Of a stretch of 64,000 nt of DNA, positions 35,495-44,833 are shown one piece after another; within the stretch, counting starts at the first letter, position 1, and the number at the start of each line of letters is the position of its first letter. This stretch comes from Candidatus Bathyarchaeota archaeon. Its GTDB lineage: Archaea > Thermoproteota > Bathyarchaeia > TCS64. The notes under the pieces are model-generated. The model worked only from the letters and a program-made list of their open reading frames with translations, made no database searches and was not told the origin of the DNA. The translations under genes and the position numbers were made by a program. The stretch spans positions 233,353-297,352 of the forward strand of contig JBDRQD010000015.1 in the NCBI GenBank assembly GCA_043826455.1, read 5' to 3'.

Positions 35495-37291
35495 ATGCGG
35501 CAACTGATCCACAACGGCGTCATGGTCCCGCCCCCCTATGAGGCACAAGGGCTGACGGTTAAGATCAAGGGCAGAGAACACAGGCTCACACCGGTACAGG
35601 AGGAGCGGGCGGTTGCCTGGGCCAAGAAGATAGGAACCCCCTACGTGGAGGACCCCGTCTTCGCGGACAACTTCCACAGGGACTTCAGCGATGTTCTCGG
35701 TTTCAAGGTTCGGGCCGGAGATGTTGACTACACGGACATCTACAGGTTGGTCCTGGCTGAGCGCGAGCACCGCCAGAATCTACCCAACGAGGAGAAAAAG
35801 CGGCTCAGGGACCAGCGAAAGGCGGAGCGGGAGGCCAATAAGGAGATGTACGGGTACGCGGTCATCGACGGGGAGCGGTGCGAGTTGGGCAACTACATCG
35901 CGGAGCCCAGCAGCATCTTCATGGGCCGGGGTCAGCACCCCTTCCGGGGCAAGTGGAAGGAGGGGCCCCGTCACAGTGACATAGAGCTGAACCTGAGCCC
36001 CGGCTCGCCCAGGCCGCCGGGCGACTGGAAAACCGTCGTCTGGGACCCGGTGAGCATGTGGATCGCCCGCTGGAAGGACAAGCTCACGGACAAGATGAAG
36101 TACGTGTGGCCCCACGACAGCAGCCCCATCAAGCAGAGGAAGGAAGTAGAGAAGTTCGACAAGGCCATAGAGCTGCGCAGGAACCTGGGCAAGGTCCAGC
36201 GTCACATCATGGAGAACCTCACCAGCCCGGACATTCGCCGCCGCAAGACCGCCACAGTCTGCTACCTCATAGACGAGCTCAATTTCAGGGTGGGCGACGA
36301 GAAGGATGAGGACGAGGCCGACACAGTGGGGGCCAGCAGCCTCCGGACAGAGCACATCACCTTCAACCAGGACGGCACCGTGACCTTCGACTTCTTGGGC
36401 AAGGACAGCGTCCCCCTCAACCTGACGGCCAGGCTGGACCCCCGGGCCACGGCCAACCTCAGGGAGTTTGCGGAGATGAACAGCGGGGGCCCCCTCTTCG
36501 AGGAGGTGAACAGCAGCGTTGTGAGCGAGTTCCTGGACGAGGTCATGGAAGGCGTCACAGCCAAGGTGTTCAGGACCTGCCACGCCACCGAGGCCGTGGA
36601 GAGGCGGCTCCAGCAGCTGGAGGTCAACGCAGATGAGCCCGAGTACAGGAAGAAGCACGTAGCCACCCTGGCCAACCTGGAGGCTGCCGTCACCTGCAAC
36701 CATAAGCGCACCATCCCCAAGACCTGGGAGCAGGGCCTCATACGCCAGGTGGAGCGGCAGGAGCAGAGGAAGCGGAAGGCCAGGGATAACATAGCCAAGT
36801 ACAAGCAGCGCATCCAGGACACCACTAGGAAGTACGAGGAGCGGATAGCCAATTATGAGGCCAAGGTGGAGGAGGACCGGGCCAAGCTCCAAGAGCTCAA
36901 AGAGGAGCTGAAGACTAAGGAGCAGGGCAAGTCCACCAAGGGCATCAGGAGCCGGGTGGAGTCCAAGCAGAAGGGCGTCAGGGCCACCAGGGAGCGCATA
37001 CAGCAGACCAAGAGCAAGCACCGCGAGGCCGTGGAGAAGCTGAAACAGCAGATGGAGGAGCGGCGCCGGAAGGACCAGGAGATGATCGAGAAGTACGGGC
37101 TGCAGCTGGAGGCCAAGGAGCTGACCAGAGACTACAACCTGGGCACCAGCCTGAAGAGCTACGTTGACCCCCGCGTCTACTACGAGTGGGGACACCGAGT
37201 GGGCTACGACTGGAGAAGCTACTACAGCAACACCCTGGTGAAGAAGTTCAGCTGGGTGGACCCGGAGCCCGAGGAAGCCGACGAGAAGTAG
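35495..37291 (+). CDS. top1: Eukaryote-like DNA topoisomerase IB
   Basis: HNGV, EPSSIFMGRGQHPFRGKWK; catalytic pentad FRVG (R), FLGKD (K), KVFRT (R), CNH (H), GTSLKSY (Y); coiled-coil linker. Confidence 0.96.
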   Translation: MRQLIHNGVMVPPPYEAQGLTVKIKGREHRLTPVQEERAVAWAKKIGTPYVEDPVFADNFHRDFSDVLGFKVRAGDVDYTDIYRLVLAEREHRQNLPNEEKKRLRDQRKAEREANKEMYGYAVIDGERCELGNYIAEPSSIFMGRGQHPFRGKWKEGPRHSDIELNLSPGSPRPPGDWKTVVWDPVSMWIARWKDKLTDKMKYVWPHDSSPIKQRKEVEKFDKAIELRRNLGKVQRHIMENLTSPDIRRRKTATVCYLIDELNFRVGDEKDEDEADTVGASSLRTEHITFNQDGTVTFDFLGKDSVPLNLTARLDPRATANLREFAEMNSGGPLFEEVNSSVVSEFLDEVMEGVTAKVFRTCHATEAVERRLQQLEVNADEPEYRKKHVATLANLEAAVTCNHKRTIPKTWEQGLIRQVERQEQRKRKARDNIAKYKQRIQDTTRKYEERIANYEAKVEEDRAKLQELKEELKTKEQGKSTKGIRSRVESKQKGVRATRERIQQTKSKHREAVEKLKQQMEERRRKDQEMIEKYGLQLEAKELTRDYNLGTSLKSYVDPRVYYEWGHRVGYDWRSYYSNTLVKKFSWVDPEPEEADEK

Positions 37292-37576
37292 CTAGCCTCC
37301 CCCGATGGGCGGCATCACCCTCACCGTGTCCCCGTCTCTCAGGGTAGTCTCGAATCCGTCCAGCCCCAGTGTGTTGACGTCGTTGACGCTGAACATGAGG
37401 TAGTCCAGGAGCCGTCCCTCGTCGTCGTAGACGTAGCCCTTGAAGGTGGGGCCGTAGAGGTCTATCAGCACATGGACTAGGTCCAGCACCGTCGAGCCCC
37501 CAGGCAGGGTGACGGCTTCATCCCTCTTGCCGGCAGCGTCCCGGGCCATGGCGTAGTACCGGACCTTGACCCTCAT
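37292..37576 (-). CDS. moaD: MoaD/ThiS/SAMP ubiquitin-like sulfur carrier
   Basis: Beta-grasp size; C-terminal PPIGGG. Confidence 0.92.
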   Translation of the reverse strand: MRVKVRYYAMARDAAGKRDEAVTLPGGSTVLDLVHVLIDLYGPTFKGYVYDDEGRLLDYLMFSVNDVNTLGLDGFETTLRDGDTVRVMPPIGGG

Positions 37577-37624
37577 TACTCCTCAATTATCCCTGCAGGT
37601 TAAAGGGGTTTTTCGATAACGTTA

Positions 37625-39484
37625 TTGGCGTCCAAGCCGACGATATACATGATTACATTGGCCGGTAAACTGAAGGGCTACGCGGGCAGATTCCTTAAGG
37701 TCAACATGACCGATGGAGCCCTCACGGACAGGGTCTTCGACGAGGCAACTCTCAGAGGGTACCTGGGCGGCACAGGCATCGGAGCCAAGATACTGTACGA
37801 CGAGGTGCCTCGGGACATCGAGTGGAGCGACCCCTGGAACATAGTCACTATAGCCAGCGGGCCCCTGGGGGGCACCGCTGTGGGGGGATCAGGCACCATA
37901 AGCGTCGTCACCAAGGGGGCCCTCACAGGGGGCGCCACCAGCGTCCAGGCCAACGGCCTCTTCGGCGCCTACATGAGGTTCAGCGGCTACGACGGCGTAA
38001 TAGTGAAGGGCGCCTCCAAAGACTGGAAGTACCTGGTCCTGAGGGACGGCAAGGCCGAGCTCAGGGATGCTTCAAGCATACTGGGGCTGGACACCTATGA
38101 GGTGACGGACAGGCTCAGGGATACATTGGGGGCCAAGGGCAGGGAGGCCAGCGTCCTCAGCATAGGGCCTGCCGGGGAGAACCTTGTAAGTTTCGCCGGA
38201 GTTTTCGTGGACCACGGTCACAGCGCCAGCCACAACGGCCCGGGCGCAGTGCTGGGCAGTAAGAGACTGAAGGCCATCGTGGCGTTCAGAGGCAAGGGCC
38301 GGGTGGAAGTTCACGACCAGAAAAAGCTGACGGCGGTGGCTCAGGAGATGTACAGCGACGTGGAGTACTTCAGGGGCACCATCGGCGGCGTAGCCAACAT
38401 GTACAAGGGCGGCAAAGGCGACCTGCCTATAAAGAACTACATGACCTATGAGTGGGAGGCATCTCCGGAGGAGGTGGACTCCTTCGCCGAGAAGAGCATC
38501 CGCGACAAGTACCAAGCAGAGAGGATGCCTTGCTGGGGCTGCAGGCTGCTCCACAGCACCATGATGGAGGTGAAGGAGGGCAAGTACAGTTGCCACGTGG
38601 AGGAGCCCGAGTACGAGCAGATGGCGGCCTGGGGCCCCGTCATAGGCAACGCGGATGTGGAGGCAGCCATGATGCTCAGCGGCTTGACCGACCGGCTGGG
38701 ACTGGAGAACAACGAGGCGGGCTGGCTGGTGGGCTGGGTCATGGAGTGCGCCGAGAAGGGCTACATCACGAGGAAACAGCTGGGCTTCAGGACGGGCTGG
38801 GGGGACGTGGAGGGCGCCGAGCGCATCCTCAGGATGCTGTCTATCCGTGAAGGCTTCGGCGATGTGCTGGCTGAGGGCGTTAAAAGGGCCTCAGAGACGG
38901 TCGGGGGCAAGGCAGCCGAGTCAGCCATCTACACGATGAAAGGCAACTCCCCCAGGGGCCACGACCACAGGACTCGTTGGAGTGAGATGTTCGACACCTG
39001 CGTCAGCAACACCGGCACCATCGAGACCCACATGAGCGCCATGAGCCCCCAGTCCCAGGGACCCGCCAACCCCATGGAGGTGAGCAGCGAGGTGGCGCGA
39101 ACCAAGGGCCTCATGCAGTTGGAGGACAGCGTGGGCACATGCCGCTTCAACACCAGGATGAACGCCGAAAGGATCGCAGAGGCAGTCTCAGCGGCTACGG
39201 GTTGGGATATGAGCGCCGAGGAGGCGTGGAACGTGGGCAGGCGAGCCGTGAACCTTCTAAGAGCCTTTAACATCCAGTCGGGGATAGGTCCTGAGCTTGA
39301 TAAGCCCTCAGCCAGGTACGGTTCAACGCCGGTGGATGGCCCCACCGTGGGGATCGGCATCATGCCCCACTGGGACGGGATGCTCAGTAACTACTACTCG
39401 CTGATGGGCTGGGACGAGATGGGTGTCCCCAGGAAGGAGACCCTGGAGAGGCTGGGCATAGGCCACGTCTGGGCCGACCTCTAG
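37625..39484 (+). CDS. aor: Aldehyde:ferredoxin oxidoreductase family (tungstopterin)
   Basis: YLGGTGIG, SIGPAGENLV, GAVLGSKRLKAI, EPEYE, DSVGTCRF, YYSLMGWD; start may be 37649 or 37658. Confidence 0.93.
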   Translation: MASKPTIYMITLAGKLKGYAGRFLKVNMTDGALTDRVFDEATLRGYLGGTGIGAKILYDEVPRDIEWSDPWNIVTIASGPLGGTAVGGSGTISVVTKGALTGGATSVQANGLFGAYMRFSGYDGVIVKGASKDWKYLVLRDGKAELRDASSILGLDTYEVTDRLRDTLGAKGREASVLSIGPAGENLVSFAGVFVDHGHSASHNGPGAVLGSKRLKAIVAFRGKGRVEVHDQKKLTAVAQEMYSDVEYFRGTIGGVANMYKGGKGDLPIKNYMTYEWEASPEEVDSFAEKSIRDKYQAERMPCWGCRLLHSTMMEVKEGKYSCHVEEPEYEQMAAWGPVIGNADVEAAMMLSGLTDRLGLENNEAGWLVGWVMECAEKGYITRKQLGFRTGWGDVEGAERILRMLSIREGFGDVLAEGVKRASETVGGKAAESAIYTMKGNSPRGHDHRTRWSEMFDTCVSNTGTIETHMSAMSPQSQGPANPMEVSSEVARTKGLMQLEDSVGTCRFNTRMNAERIAEAVSAATGWDMSAEEAWNVGRRAVNLLRAFNIQSGIGPELDKPSARYGSTPVDGPTVGIGIMPHWDGMLSNYYSLMGWDEMGVPRKETLERLGIGHVWADL

Positions 39485-39533
39485 CGCCTCTAACCCCTCA
39501 CTGTTTTATTCACCTTCACCCCATCTTCATGGT

Positions 39534-40331
39534 ATGAGGAACCTTGTTAAACGTAAGCTCAAGGCCGGCAAGCCGGCCCTGGGCACCTGGGTGACCATAG
39601 GCCACCCCGACGTCACCATGTACCTGGCCGACATGGGCTGGGACTGGCTGGTCTGCGACATGGAGCACAGCGCCTACGGGCCCGAGACCTACCACTTCAT
39701 GGTCCAGGGGATGCTTTATGCCCGGGAGCGGTGTATGCCCATGGCTCGTATACCGTGGACGGACCTCATCTGGATCAAGAAGGTGATGGACGCCGGGGCA
39801 ACCGGCATCGTTTCTCCTCGCATCGAGACGAAGGAGCAGGCCGAGGAGATGGTCAGGCTCATGAAGTACCCGCCCTGGGGCGAACGCGGGGCCGGGCCTA
39901 GGCTCGCAGCGTTCCGGGACCCTGACTACTTCAAGACGGCCAACGAGGAGACCCTGTGTGTGGTGATGATCGAGACGGCGAAGGGTGTGGAGAACATCCA
40001 CGACATCTTCAGCGTGGAGGGCGTGGACGCCTGCTTCGTGGGGCCCAGCGACTTGAGCCTGGACATGGGCATCCACAACCAGTACACAAACCCATTGTTC
40101 CTGAAGACCCTTGACAGGATAGTGGAGGCCGGCCGAGACCAGGGCGTGGCGCCGGGGATGCACTGCTTCACCACGCCTGGGCCAACGAACATCAACGAGG
40201 CCCTGAGCCGAGGCTTCCTGTTCTGCGCCGTTAACAGCGATACAGCCTACATCCGGAACGGAGTCAACTCTGCGATCAGCTCCATCAAGGGCTGGAAGCC
40301 CGGAGAGACAGGGGACGAAGTCGCCCTCTAA
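39534..40331 (+). CDS. HpcH/HpaI class II aldolase
   Basis: DMEHS, KYPPWGERG, VMIET, FVGPSDLS. Confidence 0.93.
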   Translation: MRNLVKRKLKAGKPALGTWVTIGHPDVTMYLADMGWDWLVCDMEHSAYGPETYHFMVQGMLYARERCMPMARIPWTDLIWIKKVMDAGATGIVSPRIETKEQAEEMVRLMKYPPWGERGAGPRLAAFRDPDYFKTANEETLCVVMIETAKGVENIHDIFSVEGVDACFVGPSDLSLDMGIHNQYTNPLFLKTLDRIVEAGRDQGVAPGMHCFTTPGPTNINEALSRGFLFCAVNSDTAYIRNGVNSAISSIKGWKPGETGDEVAL

Positions 40332-41958
40332 ATATTTTTATCAGGTACAGTCCGATGGCTGCGAGTATCGCAGGCAGGGTGTAGAGGCCGTACTCGTAGT
40401 TCCGTGTGAGGTTGACTGTGATGGGTGTGTCTGTCGTGAGCCCCACGTCGAGCTCCACGGAGGATCGGCCCTCCCCGACGCGCAGCCTAAGGGTGTCTGT
40501 GACGTTGTTCACCTGAATCACCTTTGGAGTGCTGGGAGTTTTGGGAGGGATCACAAAGAAAACGCTGGCGTACCTTATGGGGATGATCGCTGATCCATCC
40601 TCATCGGTCTCGCCGCTCCAGAGCGTCTGGTTCCCCCTGAGCAGAGTCAACTTCGCACCTTCCTTCGGCGCATAATCCTCTGTGACCCTGACATTGTAGA
40701 GGCGGGTGATCAGAGCATACAGGTCAACGGTCGTCTGGTTGATCTGAAATCCGGGGCTGAAATGAATATCACCTGTGATCAAGGCGCCTCCGGAGTCGCC
40801 CCACACGCCGTACCTGAAGCCCATGGAGTCCCTGATGGTCACGTTGCTGAACCTGTAGTAGATGGGGACGGTGTTCCCGAATCCGGGTGTAAAAGAGCCG
40901 ATAACGCTGTCACTAACATTTATACCTGCAGTTAGCGCCCAGTGATTTTCTATCCTGAGAGTTTCTATGGTGCACTCCGTTACTTCTAGGCATACGTTGT
41001 AGAACTCGAGGTCCATCACTCCGATCTGGGAGCGGCTTGTCTTCAAATTGAGGTTGCTTCCTATTCCGGTGCTCAGAACCTGCTTTATTGCGCTTCTATC
41101 GACCGACACATATACGCCTTCTCCGTACACGTAGAGTCTGTTAATGCCCGAGTTTCTCACGGTAAGGCGGGTGCCGTTGTAGACGAGGACGTACGCCAGC
41201 TGGGAGTCCACAAACGTGATGTCCGAGTCGATGAGGTTGACCCACAGCTCCTTGATGTGCACGTTACGGAACACTGTCTTGGAACCGGGGATCACGGAAC
41301 CCCCATCTGCGTTTTTTAAATCTTCCTTTGCGAGCGACAGGCTTCCATTGAAGCCTTCAATGGTCTCCCAGTAGACGTCAACCGTGGAGTCGATGATGGT
41401 TACCTCCTGGCCGTATGGTTCCAAGCCATATGGTCTCACTGTGGTGACCGTGGAGCCCGTGATCTCTGCTTTCGCCCTATCCTTTGTCATTACGCTGCCT
41501 ATTTTGCAGTCATATAATCTCAACTGGGAGTCCTGGTAGGCGTAGACGCCACCGCCCGTGTGATTATAACCGTGGATTGTACAATACCACGATCTGTAGA
41601 GAGTAGAGTCCGTTGCAGTCAGCCTCGCGGAATCATAGACCTGTATCTCGACTCTGTATCTCACGTTGCTCAGAACAATGGTCGAGTTCCCCTCGGCCTT
41701 GAAAACATGCCACAGCTCCTCGTCAGTGTCGATGAACCTTATGTTCACGTTCTCGAGCCTGAGCGTGGCGTTATCCCTCACGTAGATGCCGCCGGTAACC
41801 TCCAGAACGCAGTCACTGATGACGGAGGTCTCGTCGCCCGCCAGGATCAGGTCGCCCTCGTGTCTCAGTACCTCGGCGCAGTAACCCTGATCCAGCTGGG
41901 ATAACGGGGTGAGTAGGAGAGCCGTGAGTAAGGTCAGGCGCAGAAGTGTCCTCGTCAA
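40285..41958 (-). CDS. Secreted, C-terminally anchored right-handed beta-helix-like protein
   Basis: Signal peptide; repeated (V/Y)xDSxxxIxDS beta-solenoid pattern; GETDEDG Ig-like domain; C-terminal TM. Confidence 0.75.
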   Translation of the reverse strand: MTRTLLRLTLLTALLLTPLSQLDQGYCAEVLRHEGDLILAGDETSVISDCVLEVTGGIYVRDNATLRLENVNIRFIDTDEELWHVFKAEGNSTIVLSNVRYRVEIQVYDSARLTATDSTLYRSWYCTIHGYNHTGGGVYAYQDSQLRLYDCKIGSVMTKDRAKAEITGSTVTTVRPYGLEPYGQEVTIIDSTVDVYWETIEGFNGSLSLAKEDLKNADGGSVIPGSKTVFRNVHIKELWVNLIDSDITFVDSQLAYVLVYNGTRLTVRNSGINRLYVYGEGVYVSVDRSAIKQVLSTGIGSNLNLKTSRSQIGVMDLEFYNVCLEVTECTIETLRIENHWALTAGINVSDSVIGSFTPGFGNTVPIYYRFSNVTIRDSMGFRYGVWGDSGGALITGDIHFSPGFQINQTTVDLYALITRLYNVRVTEDYAPKEGAKLTLLRGNQTLWSGETDEDGSAIIPIRYASVFFVIPPKTPSTPKVIQVNNVTDTLRLRVGEGRSSVELDVGLTTDTPITVNLTRNYEYGLYTLPAILAAIGLYLIKIFRGRLRPLSLRASSP

Positions 41959-42008
41959 CCCGCACCAGTTTACATATACATTGATTAGTGATAAAAGTCT
42001 ATTGAAGC

Positions 42009-42323
42009 TTAAGGCTCATGCGGCGGCTGAACTATCTCCAGCCTCCTCCCCTCTGTAAGGGCCTGAGCCACCTTCATCCTGCCGCCATGAAGGAGCCGCC
42101 ACACGGTCCCCCGGCTCACACCCATGCCCTCTCCCGCCTCCTCCTGGGACAGGTTCTCCAGGTCCACTAGGCGTAAAGCCTCGAGCTCCGCGAACTCCAG
42201 GTATACGGGGTCGCCTGTCCCCTTGGGCTCAGGCTGGAAGGCTGTGGCTGTGGGCGGTTTGCCCACTTTAACGGGTAGTGGAAGCCTTCCGTGTCTGCCA
42301 CGTCTCCTCCTTCCACGCATCAT
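42009..42323 (-). CDS. DUF134 family putative DNA-binding regulator
   Basis: ELEALRLVDLENLSQEEAGEGMGVSRGTVWRLL. Confidence 0.92.
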   Translation of the reverse strand: MMRGRRRRGRHGRLPLPVKVGKPPTATAFQPEPKGTGDPVYLEFAELEALRLVDLENLSQEEAGEGMGVSRGTVWRLLHGGRMKVAQALTEGRRLEIVQPPHEP

Positions 42324-42332
42324 GCGTTATTC

Positions 42333-42398
42333 TGTGCATTGGCACAATATTTATATATTTCTGTGCATATGAACACAATGAAAATGTGCATAAGCACA
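42333..42398. promoter_or_regulatory. Three copies of a 14-bp palindromic operator (consensus TGTGCATATGCACA) around a TATA box
   Basis: TGTGCATTGGCACA 42333-46, TGTGCATATGAACA 42362-75, TGTGCATAAGCACA 42385-98; TTTATATA at 42350-57. Confidence 0.75.
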
Positions 42399-42418
42399 GA
42401 AAACGAAGAGGTGAAAAG

Positions 42419-42778
42419 ATGAGACAAGGAAGACGCGGAAGATACCCCGGAAACGGGCCCTTCAGTGACCTGCCCCCGCAGCAGAGACCGGGATGGGTAT
42501 ACGGCTACGGCCGCGGATACGGCCTAGGCTATGGTAGAGCATACTACGCTGGTGACCCCAGCAAGTGCGCCCGGTTCCCATGGCTACCCCGCTGGTGGTG
42601 GACGAACCCCGACTACCAAGGAACAGTCCCAGTGGAACCAGCCACAGGGGATGACCCCACGGCACCCGTGGCCCCGGATGAGCGAGCGTTCCTGCAGGAC
42701 CAGATGAAGTACCTGGACCAGGAACTCGCAGGCATCAGGAAGCGCCTGGACGAGCTAGGGTCCGAGGAAACAGCTTAG
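42419..42778 (+). CDS. DUF5320-like Gly/Arg-rich protein
   Basis: GNGPFSDLPP..RPGW, GYGRGYG, C-terminal coiled coil; SD GAGGTGA before ATG 42419. Confidence 0.75.
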   Translation: MRQGRRGRYPGNGPFSDLPPQQRPGWVYGYGRGYGLGYGRAYYAGDPSKCARFPWLPRWWWTNPDYQGTVPVEPATGDDPTAPVAPDERAFLQDQMKYLDQELAGIRKRLDELGSEETA

Positions 42779-42806
42779 TACCCTAAACCCGTTTTTGGTG
42801 ATCAAG

Positions 42807-43139
42807 ATGAAGATAGCGGTACCCACCGAGGGAGACAAAGGACTACGGGACAAGGTGGCCGATACCTTCTCACGTGCGCCTTACTTCACATTAGTAACAG
42901 TTGAAAATGGGATTATCACCGGTAAGAAGGTGATCCAGAACAAGGCGTCAGAGGTGAAGCAGGGGGCGGGGCCGCTGGCTGCGCGCACCCTGAAAGATAA
43001 CGGCGTCAACGTGCTCCTGTCAGGCGAGATAGGTCCTGGCGCCACAAGCATCCTAGAGACCCTCGGGATAAAAATTGGCAGCGCCTCTCAGAATGAGAAA
43101 GTGAGGGACGCCGTGGAGAGATACCTGGCTCAGCTATAG
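42807..43139 (+). CDS. NifB/NifX family metal-cluster-binding protein
   Basis: MKIAVP, FSRAPYF, GEIGPGA. Confidence 0.88.
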   Translation: MKIAVPTEGDKGLRDKVADTFSRAPYFTLVTVENGIITGKKVIQNKASEVKQGAGPLAARTLKDNGVNVLLSGEIGPGATSILETLGIKIGSASQNEKVRDAVERYLAQL

Positions 43140-43997
43140 GCCTAGGAACGAGCTGAACTCGTCCCAAACCTCCCGTATGGCGAGAGATGCCGGCGAGTCA
43201 GGGCTGAAAACGACCACTGGTTTAGTCTGTACCATGGCCTGGGTGACGTTCTCATCGAAGGGAATCATGCCCAGTACGGGTATCTCGTGCTCCTCGCAGA
43301 AGCCTCTGATGGACGCCGTGTTCTCTAAGTTGAGGTCGTACTTGTTGATTATCACACCAGGTGTTATCTCAAAGTGCTCCAGCAGCTGAAGCGCCCTCTT
43401 CAGGTCATGTATCCCGCTCAGCGTGGGCTCAACTACGGCGACAGCTGCGTCGACGTTGCTGAGGCTGGCGATGACCGGGCACCCGATACCAGGAGAGCCG
43501 TCCACGAGCACGAGTTCCCTGCCAGTCTTCTCGGCGAGCTTGGTGGCGTTCTGACGCACCAGGGTCACAAGTTTGCCGCTGTTCTCCATGCCGGGGGTGA
43601 GGCGCGCGTGGCTCATGGGGCCGTACACTGTCTCACTCAGATAAGCGTGCCCGCAGACGCGTTCATTGAAGCTTATCGCCTCAACGGGGCAGTTAACGAC
43701 GCACACCTTGCAGCCCTCACAGTGGATGGGATCCACGGTGTACTCGTGGATCGCATTGAACCTGCACAGCTGCAAGCAGAGTCCGCACCTGGTGCACTTC
43801 TTCGAGTCGATCTCAGCCAGGTTTAGGCCCTTGAACTCTACGGTCTCCTTTATCTTCGGGTTGAGTATCAGGTGCAGGTTACTTGCGTCCACATCACAGT
43901 CGGCTAGGACGGGCTCCTCCGCCAAGGCCGCGAAGCTCCCCGTGATGGTGGTCTTGCCGGTCCCGCCTTTGCCGCTGAGGATCGTTACCTGCTTCAC
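43134..43997 (-). CDS. MinD-superfamily ATPase with inserted 2x[4Fe-4S] ferredoxin domain
   Basis: SGKGGTGKT; CTRCGLC...C and CEGCKVC...CP; DGSPGIGCP. Confidence 0.93.
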   Translation of the reverse strand: MKQVTILSGKGGTGKTTITGSFAALAEEPVLADCDVDASNLHLILNPKIKETVEFKGLNLAEIDSKKCTRCGLCLQLCRFNAIHEYTVDPIHCEGCKVCVVNCPVEAISFNERVCGHAYLSETVYGPMSHARLTPGMENSGKLVTLVRQNATKLAEKTGRELVLVDGSPGIGCPVIASLSNVDAAVAVVEPTLSGIHDLKRALQLLEHFEITPGVIINKYDLNLENTASIRGFCEEHEIPVLGMIPFDENVTQAMVQTKPVVVFSPDSPASLAIREVWDEFSSFLGL

Positions 43998-44827
43998 CTT
44001 ATCATCTCCTCCACCGTTTCCAGGAGCTCACGGAACCTGCTGCGCCACTCAGTCATCTCAACGGTGAAGGGAACCCCCCTGCTGTACAGCTCCGCGATGC
44101 GCCTGTCATATGGTATCTCCATGATTATTGGCATCCCTTCGCGTTCACAGAACCTGTACACGCCTCGGTCGCCGACTCCTGCGAAGTTCACTACAACGCC
44201 CAGTGGGACACCAAGCCGTTTCACCACCTCGGTCGCTACCTGGAGGTCGTGGAGCCCGAAGGGTGTGGGCTCGGTGACCATGAGACAGAAGTCGGCTCCG
44301 TGCACGGTCTCCACGAGCGGACACGCGGAGCCCGGCGCCGCGTCCAGGACAACCAGGCCATCGTCTTCCGCGTGCTCCTTAACGGCGGATATCACGGGCA
44401 CCGCCAACGCTTCACCTACGTTAAGCTCACCGTAGACGAGGCCCATCCCATGGTACTCTCCAAGGGTTATCGTCCCTATCTGTCTGGGTTTCTCGGTTAT
44501 CGCGCCCTCAGGGCAAACCAGTTTGCACCCACCGCAGCTGTGGCAAAGCTCGGGGAAGACCATTGCGGCCTCACCCGCCACGAACAGGGCGTTGTACTGA
44601 CAGAACTCTGCGCACCTTCGACAGTAGATGCACTTCTCTTCATCGATCTCCGGGACCAGCAGCTCCACCGGCTTCCTCCTTGGGTTCTCCGGCTTGAGGA
44701 ATATGTGGACGTTGGGCTCCTCGACGTCGCAGTCTATTATCTGTCTGGCGCCTGCGCTAAGCGCCAGGTTGACTGCTACGCTGGTCTTACCGGTACCGCC
44801 TTTACCGCTTGCAACCACTATCTTCAT
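43994..44827 (-). CDS. MinD-superfamily ATPase with inserted 2x[4Fe-4S] ferredoxin domain
   Basis: SGKGGTGKT; DCDVEEPN; CIYCRRC...C and CHSCGGC...CP; TEPTPFGLHDL. Confidence 0.93.
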   Translation of the reverse strand: MKIVVASGKGGTGKTSVAVNLALSAGARQIIDCDVEEPNVHIFLKPENPRRKPVELLVPEIDEEKCIYCRRCAEFCQYNALFVAGEAAMVFPELCHSCGGCKLVCPEGAITEKPRQIGTITLGEYHGMGLVYGELNVGEALAVPVISAVKEHAEDDGLVVLDAAPGSACPLVETVHGADFCLMVTEPTPFGLHDLQVATEVVKRLGVPLGVVVNFAGVGDRGVYRFCEREGMPIIMEIPYDRRIAELYSRGVPFTVEMTEWRSRFRELLETVEEMIR

Positions 44828-44833
44828 ATCGGC

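Noticed and set aside
35780..37195. 471-aa antisense ORF inside topoisomerase IB
   Set aside because: Shadow frame of a GC3-rich gene with Leu/Val/Gly-biased composition and no motifs. The same applies to 27854-28936, 31833-32744, 44249-45154, 47049-48173 and 49587-50411.
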